From an uncultured Planctomycetota bacterium (lineage in GTDB: Bacteria > Planctomycetota > Planctomycetia > Isosphaerales > Isosphaeraceae), in the NCBI GenBank assembly GCA_963845755.1, contig CAWJTV010000041.1:256001-320000 (forward strand): a stretch of DNA of 64,000 nucleotides, given 5' to 3'. Position numbers and translations under genes: made by a program. Under the pieces are notes generated by a model. It did no database searches, was not told where the DNA came from, and saw only the letters and a program-made list of their open reading frames with translations. Below, piece by piece: positions 23,501-33,462 of this stretch (position 1 is the first letter of the stretch; each line of letters begins with the position of its first letter).

Positions 23501-26500
23501 GCTACAACGCGGGCGGCACCATCCAGTCGGTCACCAGCTCCGATGGCCGCGCGGTCGATTACACGTACGACTCAACCGGCCAGTACTTGACCTCCGCCCA
23601 GTTGGTCGGCGGCCCGGTTACCCGCTACACCTACTCGACGGGCTCCGGGCCGTTGATCCTCCATGCCTTGACAGGCGTGATCAATCCGGACGGCAGCCAC
23701 GAGATCTTCGGCTACAACGCAGCCGGGCAGTTGGCCGTCCTGGCCGAGAACGGCAACGCGGATCGGCTGACCTTCAGCTATCAGCAGGGCGAGATCTCGG
23801 TGACAAACGCCGCGAGCGACGTCAGCAGTTACTACTACGATGACGAAGGAAACCTGTTGAAGTATGTCAACGCGATCGGCAACATCACGTTCGCCGCTTA
23901 CGACTCGACCGGCGATCTGACCAGCATCACCGGCGCCACCGGCTTGAAGGAATCCTTCACCTACGATTCCAACGGCAACTTGACCTCCGAGACCAACCCG
24001 CTCGGCCAGACCACGTCCTTCACCTACTCCGGCGTCGACAACCTGCTGGCCAGGATGACCGACCCCCAGGGCGCCGTGACCAACTTCCAGTACAACGCAA
24101 AGGGAGACGTCACCTCGGTCCAGTATCCCGACCAGTCGGTCATGGGTGTGACCTACAACGCGACCGGCGATCCCCTCTCGCTGACCGATCCGGGCGGCCA
24201 GCCGACGAATTACACCTACAACGCCGCGGGTCAGGTCGCGAGCGTGAGGCTCGACGACGGGACGCAGATGACCTACGGCTATAACGCGGCGGGCGAACTG
24301 ACCTCGGCCACCGATCCTTCCGGCGAGACGACGCTGACCTACAACGCGAGCGGCGCGCTCACCGGCGTCGCCTATCCCAGCGGCGAATCCCTCCAGTACA
24401 ACTACAATGGAGACGGCCAGCGGACCCAGATGGTCGAGATGTCCGGTTCGACCGCAATCGCCACTGTCAATTACAACTACACCAGCCTGGGACAGCTCGC
24501 CGGGTTGACCGACGGCCAGGGCAATCCGATCGTCACCTACACGTACAACAATTTGGGCGAACTGATCAAGGCGGCCAACGGCGATGGGACTAATACCAGC
24601 TATACCTACAACGCCGACGGCAACGTCCTGACCCTCATCAACTACGCCGCGGGCGGCCAGACGGTCGATAGCAGCTTCACTTACACCTACAACGCCCTGG
24701 GCCAGGTCACCGGCCTGGCCACGATCGATGGGAACTGGACTTACACCTATGACAGCGCCGGCCAGTTGACCGGCGCCGTGTTCACGTCGACCAACAGCTC
24801 CATTCCCAACCAGGATATCAGCTACACTTACAACGCCGCCGGCGATCGCACCCAGACGATCCTTAATGGCGTAACGTCCACCTACTCCAGCAACAGCGAC
24901 AACGAGTACACCTCGGTCACCTCGCCCGACGGCACCACGACCGACACCTACAACGCCAACGGCGACCTGGTCGCCGCGTCGAGCCCGTCGGGCACCACGA
25001 CCTACGCGTATAACTCGATCAATCAGCTCATCGGTGTGACCACCCCCACCGACACGTGGTCGTATCAATACGACGCGCTGGGGAACGTGATCGCGACGAC
25101 TCACAATGGACAGACGACCCAGGACCTGGTCGATCCGACCGGCTCCGGCAACCTCGTGGCGCAGTTCAACAGCTCGGGAGCCCTGCTGGACGGATACACG
25201 TATGGCCTGGGGCTGGTGAGCCAGACCACGCCCACGGCGACGAACTACTACGAGTTCGACGCGATGGGCTCGACGGCCGGCCTGACGACCGCCAGGACGA
25301 CGGCGGGGACGAGTACCCAGATCGCCGGCTACAGCTATCTCCCGTTCGGTGGGCTCCTCTCCAGCACAGGCACCGCCGCCAATCCTTTCACCTATGTCGG
25401 CCAGTACGGGGTTTCGGCCGATGGCAGCGGCTTGTACACCATGGGAGCGCGGACTTACGACCCGACCACGGGCCAGTTCCTCACCAACGACCCCACCGGC
25501 CTGGGCGGCGGTGATACCAACTTGCGCATTTATGCGGGCAACAACCCGATCGACCTGATCGACCCCTCGGGGGACGCGAGCCAGCGGCCTTCATTCCAGA
25601 TTCCCCCGGCGCCCGGCCCGGGCTACGGCTTGCAGTTGCCCGCGGACTATCAACAGTACACGACTACCCCGGCCCAGATCCAGCAGCTCACTCAGCAGTA
25701 TCAGGCGGCGTTGAAGGCATACCAGTTGCAGTTGGAGCAATACAATCAGCTTCCGGCTGCCCAGAAGGCCGGGACCGTGCCCCCGCCACCTCCGGCGTAC
25801 AACTTCCCGGTTCCCCTTCCCTCGGCCACGAGTACGGGAGGCGGGAGCGCCGCCGCCCCCCAGCAGCCCCGGGGCGCCATCCGGCGGCAGCGCAGGGTCG
25901 AGCGGCGGCACGGGGACTGGAGGGACCTCGGCCAGCAACGGTTCGACCGGCAGCAACGGCCCGACCAACCCCAGCAACTCCGGCGTCACCGGCATCATCC
26001 AGAGCGGCAACACGCAGACCGGCGGTAGTGGCGGCGAGGGCAGTTCCGCCGGCTCTGCGGGTTCCGACGGGAATCCCGGCGACGGCGGCGACGACGGCAC
26101 TGACGGCAACGATGGCACCGACGGCAACGACGGCTCCGCCGGCTCCGACGGGGCCGACCAGCAAGGGGACCAGAGCAACTGTTGCCCACCCCCTCCGCCG
26201 GGCCAGACGAAATCGCCGACCTCGACCGACCCCAATGCCGCGATCGGGCCCGCCGGCTATGGCTCGGCCAGTTACGTCGCCGACACGGGTCAAACCGTTC
26301 TGCCCTACCGGATCGACTTCGAGAACTCACCCACGGCCACAGCGCCGGCCCAGCAGGTCACGATCACCGACCAGCTCGACCCCAACCTCAACGCCAATTC
26401 GTTCCAGTTGACGGGCATCGGCTGGGGCGATTTCAACCTGTCGATCCCGGCCGGCAGCCAGACCTACCAGGCCACCGTGCCGATGACCTACAATGGCGAG

Positions 26501-29500
26501 ACCTTCGACGTCGTCGTCTCGGCCGGCATCAACTTCGCCACCGACCAGATCTACGCCAAATTCTACTCGATCGACCCCAACACCCAGCTCCCGCCCGACG
26601 TGCTCACCGGCTTCCTGCCCCCCGAGGACGGCACCGGCCGCGGCGAGGGATACATCAGCTACTCGGTCACGCCGGATACCGGGCTCGCGACCGGCACCGT
26701 GATCCGCAACGTGGCCGTCATCTCGTTCGACGATCAGACGACCATCAGCACCGACCAGGTCAACGACGAGGATCCCAGCCAGGGCGTCGATCCGTCCTTG
26801 CAGGACCCGATCACGATCGACTCGGTCGCGCCGACCAGCAGCGTCGTGCCGCTACCGGCAACCACATCCAGCACGCAGTTCACCGTGAACTGGTCGGGCC
26901 AGGACGACACGGGCGGCTCGGGCATTGCGTATTACACGATCTACGTCTCGACCAACGGCGGTCCGTACAATGTGTGGCTCGGCCACACCACGTTTATCTC
27001 GGCCACGTTCACGGCCCAGAACGGGAACACGTATTCCTTCATCAGTCAGGCGACCGACAATGTGGGGAACGTCGAGGCGTTCCACACCAAGGCCGACACG
27101 ACCATCTCGGTCACTTCGCCCTTGTCGCTCACCTCGCTCGCGTCGGTATCACCCAACCCGCGCAACACGGCGGTTTCCGCCATCGACGTCACCTTCAGCG
27201 AGCCGATCAATACCAGCAGCCTGACCGCCGGCGCACTGACTCTCACCGACAATGGCGGCTCCAACCTGATCGATAGTGGTGTCTCACTGGCCCTCGTCTC
27301 GGGCACGACCTCGACCTACGCGATCGGCGGCCTGAGCGGCCTGACCACGGCCCAGGGCCTGTACACCCTGACGGTCAATGCCGCCGATATCCAGGACAAC
27401 CACGGCAATTTCGGCAGCGGCACGCTGTCCACCACCTGGCTGATGGACACCGCGCCCCCGACCAGCACGGTCAGCCCGCTGCCGCAGATCGGGACCAGCC
27501 TCAATTTCAACGTCACGGTCACCGGCACGGTCCCCACCCAGCCGGTCGGCAGCCCGACGGTCAACATCGCCTCGTTCAACATCTACGTCTCCACCAACGG
27601 TGGCGCCTGGACCTACTGGACGACCGTCTCGCCCTCCAGCGGGACGCCGAACACCGCCTCGGCCGTCTATCCCGGTCAGAGCAATACGGCTTATGCGTTC
27701 TACAGCACCGCCACCGACAATGCTGGCAATACCCAGACCTACGCCCCGAAGGTCGAGGCCAGCACGGTGCTGCCGAACCTCAACACGCCGGTCACCGCCG
27801 TCGCGACCTCGAGCAGCGCCAACAGCAACGGCTTCTTCACCCTCAACCTGACCGGGACCGACGCGGGCGGCAGCGGCCTGACCTACTTCGATGTCTGGGT
27901 CGAGATCGATGGCGGGACGGCGGCGCCGATCAGCGCGCCGATCCCGGCCGGCCCGGCCAGCAGCTCCGGGAGCTATTCGGCCACCACGACCTACGTGATC
28001 CCCGCCGGCGATTTCGGTACGTCCCATACCTATGCGTTCTACAGCACGGGGATCGACGCGGCCGGCCTCCAGGAGGCGCCTCATTCCACACCCGACGTGA
28101 CGTTCAACAATCTGACCTTCGTCCAGCCGTCGCAGCTCCAGGTCGCGGGGCTGACGGTGGAGAACGGGGCCGTGGAGCGGTCGTTCATCCGGTATCTCGC
28201 CGTCAACTTCAACGAGCCGAGCAGTACGCTCAACACGATCGTCAACAACGCGTCAACGGACATCACGCTGACCCAGAACAACCTCAATAACAATGGCACG
28301 CCGGTCTCGGTCCCGCTGTCGTCGAGCATGATGACGATCAGCAGCAGCGTCATCCAGATCGACTTCGGCACCAGCGGCCTCGGTGGTAGCTCGAACACGA
28401 CGAAGGCCGACGGCTATTACACCTTGACAGTCACGGTGCCGGGACAGTCCTCCACGGTCCTGCATTTCTACCGATTGCTGGGCGACGTCAACGGTGATGG
28501 TTCGGTGTCCCAGGCCGATCTCAACGAGATCGCCGCGGCGCGCAACGAGTCGTCAACGACGATCGCATCCACGATCCTCCAGACCTCCACGGCGATCGCG
28601 ACGCAGATCAGCACGCTGTCACCCCATTTGCTACCGCTGAACAACGACGTCAACGGCGACGGCTCGGTCGCCACACTCGACCTGGGATTGGCGACGGCGT
28701 CGAAGGGGCGGGCGCTGAATCCTTCGCTGCTGGGCACGCTTTCGGCGGCCGTTACGACCACCGCGATGATCGCGGGGCTCCCCGGCTCCTCCTTGATGGC
28801 GACTCCTGCCGGCGGCTTCAACCTGGTCGCGGCCATCATGAATGCCGAGGAGGACGGCAATACCAGCGACACGATCAACGTACCCACTGGCGACTACCCG
28901 GTGCCGGACCTGGTGATCGAGAGCCTGAACAGCTCCGTGCCCCACAAGACGCTGACGATCATCGGCCAGGGCACGAGCCCGGGGCAGACCGTCGCCGACG
29001 GCGGGGGCGCCACGCGGGTCTTCGAGATCACCTCGAGCGTCACGGTCATCTTCAAGGACATGGCGATCGAGCACGGTCGGGCCACCGATGGCGGGAGGCT
29101 CGGCGGGACCGCCGCGCTGGGGGGCGGCGTGCTGATCGATGGCGGCCAGGTGACGATGAGCAACGTGTCGGTCGCCAATAACAGCGCCGTGGGCGCCGAT
29201 GGCGCCGCGGGCAAGGCTGCGACCGCCGTGGGGCAGAAGGGCGGCAACGGTGGCAACGGGGCCAATGCCGCCGGTGGCGGCATCTACCTGTCTGCCGGCA
29301 CGCTGAACATCACGAATACCACGATCGCCAACAATAAAGCCGTGGGCGGCCACGGTGGCAAGGGCGGGACCGGCGGCGGAGCTGGTGGTCCCGGTGCCAT
29401 TGGCAGTGCGGGGGGCAGTGGCGCCGACGGCGGCAACGGGTCCGATGGGTCCAGCGGCGCGCCCGGCGGGGCGGGCATCGCCGGGAGCTCCGGCAGCGCC

Positions 29501-32500
29501 GGCGGTGCCGGCGGGCTTCCCGGCGGCGGCGGTGGCGGCGGTGGCACATCCAGCAGCTCGACCACGTTCCCCTCCAGTTCCTCTTCCACCACCTCTTACA
29601 CCACGACCCCGCTTTCGGGCTCGGGTTCCCAGGGGAGCGGCGGCAGCAAGGGCGGCGGCGGCAAGGGGGCGGGAATGGCGGCAAGGGCAGTGGCGGCGGG
29701 ATCTACGTCGCCAATGGCACGGTCACGCTGACGAATACGACCGTCAGCGCCAACACCGCCCAGGGCGGCGATGGCGGCGATGGCGGCCTCCCGGGGGCAG
29801 CCGGAGTCGCGGGCAGCGGCGGGACCGGCGGCACCGGTGGCAAGGGGGGCCTGGGTGGCAACGGCGGCGCCGGCCCCGACGGCTCCGGGCCCGGCGCCCT
29901 GGCTCGGGCGGCGGCGCCGGTGGGACCGGTGGCGATGGCGGCGACGGTGGCAAGGGCAGCGCGGGTGGCAAGGGTGGTGGCGGTGGTGCCGGCGGCGCCG
30001 GCGGAGCCGGGGGCAATGGTGCCGGTGGCGGGCTCTATATCGCCAAGGGGAAAGTCACCATCGACAGCGGTGCTTTCCAATCGAATCAGGCGGTGGGCGG
30101 CAAGGGCGGCGATGGCGAGGATGGCGCCGATGGTTTCGATGGCGCCAAGGGTGCCAAAGGCGGCAAGGGCGGTGATGGTGGAAACGGAGGAAGCGGTGCC
30201 GATGGCGGTGACGGCGCGACCGGCGCGACGTCCTCCGGCGGCGGTGGCGGCGGTGGCGGCGGCACGGGCGGCTGGGGCGGCAACGGCGGCAAGGGTGGCG
30301 CCGGCGGTGGCGCCGGGGGTGGCGGCAAGGGTGGTGCGGGCGGGGCCGGCGGCAAGGGTGGCAACGGCCTCGGGGGCGCCATCCTCGTCAACGCGGGCAC
30401 GCTCACGTTCCAGACGAACCTCTCGACCATCACCGGAAATTCGGCCATCGGCGGCGATGGCGGCAAGGCCGGCGGTGGCGGCGATGGCGGCAAGCCTGGA
30501 GATGCCGGCGATGGGGGCGACGGCGGCGACGGCGGCGACGCGAACCATGGCGGCGGCGGTGGCGATGGCGGTTCCGGAGGCTCCGGCTCGATCGCCGGCG
30601 GGCCCGGTGGTGGTGGCGGTGGCGGCGGTGATGGCGGCTGGGGCGGCGATGGGGGCGACGGCGGCAAGGGCGCCAAAGGTGGCGGTGGCGGCGCCGGCGG
30701 CGCCGGCGGTGTAGGTGGGGTCGCGGGCTATGGGACCGGAGGCGGCATCGCCATCCTCGGAGGCACGGTCACCGTCAGCATCAATGTCACGGTCTCGAAC
30801 AACACCGCGATTGGGGGCCTGGGTGGCGAGGGTGGCCAGGGCGGCTCCGGCGAAGACGGTGAGGATGGTGGCGGTGGCGGCGATGGTGGCAAGGGCGGTA
30901 AAGGTGAGGATGGCGGCGATGGCGGCGATGGCGGCACGGGCGGTTCCGGCTCAATCGCCGGTGGTGCCGGTGGCGACGGCGGTTGGGGTGGCGATGGCGG
31001 CAGTGGTGGCGATGGCGGTGTCGGTGGTGACGGCGGCGCCGGTGGCAAGGGCGGCGCCGGCAACGGCGGCGGCGGCGGAAATGCCAGTGGCGGCGGGATC
31101 GCGGTCCTCGCGGGAAGCCTCACGATCTCGACGGGCCATACGCTCTCCTTCCTCAACAACGCGGCGGACGCCGGTGCCGGCGGAATCGGCGACATCGGCG
31201 GCAATGGTGGCAAGGGCGGCGACGGTGGCGATGGCGGCGGCGGTGGCGATGGTGCCGATGGTGGTAAGGGGGCTGATGGCGGGGATGGCGGGGATGGCGG
31301 CGATGCGACCGGGTCACCGCCAAGCTGCTCCACTTACTCCGGCGGGATCGGCGGATCCAGCGGGATCGGCGGTCTGGCCGGGACCGGCGGTGGCGGCGGA
31401 TCGGGCGGCAAGGGTGGCGATGCCGGCAACGGCGGCAATGCCGGCAAGGGCGGCAAGGGCGGCAAGGGCGGTACTGCCAGCGGAGGTGGGCTTTACGTGA
31501 GTGGCGGCAGCGTCACGGTTGCCGCTACGGTGGAAACCAGCCCCACCGGCCCTGTCGGGATCAATACCAACGGCAGCAACCCGGTCGGCCCGGTGTCGGC
31601 AACGCCGGCGCCCGCACCGACACCGCCGAAACCCGTGGGCTTTACGCCGGATCAGATCCGTGCGGCCTATGACCTGCCGCCGATCGTCAACGGCACGCTC
31701 CCGGCCGGCTGGAGCGGCGCGGGTCAGACGATCGCGATCGTCGTGGCGTTTGACGACCCCGGTCTGGCGGGTAACCTCCAGCATTTCGACAGCCAGTTCG
31801 GGCTCCCCGCACCGCCGAGTCTCCAGGTCCTCAACCAGAACGGCGCCGCGGCCCCGCTCCCCGGATCCACGGGGCAGTCCATCAGCACGTGGAATCAAGA
31901 GGAGGACCTCGACGTCGAATGGGTGCACGCGATCGCGCCGGAGGCCCGTATCGTCGTCATCGAAGTCAATTCGGGCAACCTCAGCGACCTGCTCGCTGGG
32001 GCCGGCGCCGCCGCGAAGCTCAGTGGCGTGTCGGTGGTGTCGATGAGCTGGACCAGCGGCGTGTCGGCCGCCGATGCCGGGCTCGACAGCAACTTCATGA
32101 CCCCGGCGGGAGCACCGGGCGTGACCTTCGTGGCGGCGACCGGCGACGTCGGCTCGGCCGTGACCTATCCCGCCTCGTCGCCGGACGTCCTGGCGGTCGG
32201 CGGCACGACCCTGTCTCTCGGTTCGTCCGGGTCCGGCGCCTCGGAGATCGCCTTCAACGGGGCCGGTTCGGGCATCAGTCTCTATGAATCAGAACCGTTG
32301 TACCAGGTTCAGATCGGGATCGATGGTGGCGGACGGTCCACGCCCGATGTCGCGTTCGACGCCAACCCCGCGACGGGCGTGGCGGTCTATGATGCCTCAC
32401 CCGGCGCCGCGGGCATTCAGGGTGACCCCTGGAGCGAGATGGGTGGTACGAGCCTGGGGGCGCCTGTCTGGGCGGCCTTCATCGCGATTGCCGATGGGAT

Positions 32501-33092
32501 GCGGGTCCGATCGGGCGGCACGGCGCTCAACGGCGCCAGCCAGACGTTGCCGGCCCTCTATCAGGCCCCCGGAACTGCCTTCCGCAAGACCGGAGCGTCC
32601 GAGTACAACGCAGGGACCGGACTGGGCTCGCCGGTTGCCGGTGTGTTGATCCCGTACCTGGCCGGCTTTGGCAATCAGGGTGGATCGGGCGGCGGAGGGG
32701 CGTCGAGCTTGGCGCAGAGGGTCCACCAGCGGTACGGCTAACCTCCCGGCCGTCACCGCGACGCCGGCCAACCTCATCGGCTCGGTGGCTCCGCTGCCGG
32801 ACCTGACAGAAGCCAGCGGCAACTCCGACAGTTCGCATTCCGCGGAACCCCGCGAACCAAACGCGGCCGGGCGCACCCGGTCGTCAAGAGACGCCGCGCC
32901 ATCCGCGTCGCATCCCGGACTTCCATGACCCCGGTCACGATGTCCAGGCCGGCGGCGTCTGGTCCCGAATCGCGGGCGAACGCCGTTGACCATGTGCTGG
33001 AACAGGACGAGGGCCTCTTGACCACCCGGGATGCTTCTTCCGAGGAAGACTGGTCCTCCGTGGCCATGGCGGGCCATCGTCGGAAGAAATAG
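14571..33092 (+). CDS. Giant (about 6170 aa) secreted multidomain protein: LExRxLL motif, beta-helix, LRR/L-domain-like repeats, PPC domains, RHS/YD repeats with core, Ig-like domains, dockerin I, Gly-rich beta-helix, S53 peptidase; about 9 frameshifts
   Basis: Overlapping ORFs 14571, 15895, 17234, 17658, 22027, 26408, 29355 and 32668 join with continuous domain logic; N-terminal LEWLEARRLLS; C-terminal AVDHVLEQDE...HRRKK* at 33092. Confidence 0.75.
18183..20080 (+). repeat. Intragenic tandem repeats of about 152 aa (456 bp)
   Basis: TQGATVEDG-type units start at 18183, 18639, 19095, 19548 and about 20037; some copies share long near-identical DNA (GDYAPTAGA.TADNSFANLADIDGSG). Confidence 0.9.
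23040..25572 (+). other. RHS/YD repeat region and RHS-associated core within the giant protein
   Basis: GPFGYGW, many YxYD/NxxGxL repeats, PFTYVGQYG, ARTYDPTTGQFLTNDP, NNPIDLIDPSG (DPSG at 25561-25572). Confidence 0.92.
31638..32670 (+). other. S53 (sedolisin/kumamolisin-like) peptidase domain within the giant protein
   Basis: FTPDQIRAAY, GAGQTIAIV, EEDLDVEW (Glu/Asp), ATGDVG, YPASSPDVLAVGGT, RSTPDVA, GGTSLGAP (Ser), TGLGSP. Confidence 0.9.
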
Positions 33093-33125
33093 CTGACCGG
33101 CTTCTTGACAACGGCGGTACTGAGA

Positions 33126-33176
33126 TTCCGAACTCCTTCACCGGCCGCACGAGGCGGCCGGTGAAGGAGTTCGGAA
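33126..33176. terminator. Perfect 23-bp hairpin downstream of the giant gene
   Basis: TTCCGAACTCCTTCACCGGCCGC-ACGAG-GCGGCCGGTGAAGGAGTTCGGAA. Confidence 0.6.
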
Positions 33177-33250
33177 GCGGACAAACGCGCTCTTTCTCTC
33201 GCTTCGTCTCGACCGCGGTCGCCTCGTGCGGCCAAGGTGTTGCTGGCGGA

Positions 33251-33302
33251 TTCCCAAGAGGGACTGGCTCCGAGCCTTCGAAGTGCCAGTCCCCCTTGGG
33301 AA
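33251..33302. repeat. REP-like imperfect palindrome (GGGACTGGC...GCCAGTCCC type)
   Basis: TTCCCAAGAGGGACTGGC...GCCAGTCCCCCTTGGGAA. Confidence 0.55.
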
Positions 33303-33462
33303 ACAGCTTGTTACGGAAGACATGGCTGTCTCGCCTAGCGGTCACTCCGAAGAGGCCGCCGATACGGACAACGATTGCGAGAGCGTGCCGGCATGCGTAC
33401 GCTGGGAATGTCCGCCGCCGGCATCCCTGGCGTGCGTGTCCGTCTTGAGCTGGTCGAGGGAG

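Noticed and set aside
25573..26411. Rhs toxin plus immunity gene
   Set aside because: No nuclease, deaminase or other toxin motif is visible. The small ORFs here are off-frame shadows of a continuous coding region.
29284..31333. Pro-rich minus-strand ORFs (e.g. 30086-30676, 30728-31333)
   Set aside because: They are antisense mirrors of the GGX codons in the giant gene.
33105..33133. TTGACA promoter upstream of the DUF4175-like gene
   Set aside because: No plausible -10 element at 16-18 nt spacing.
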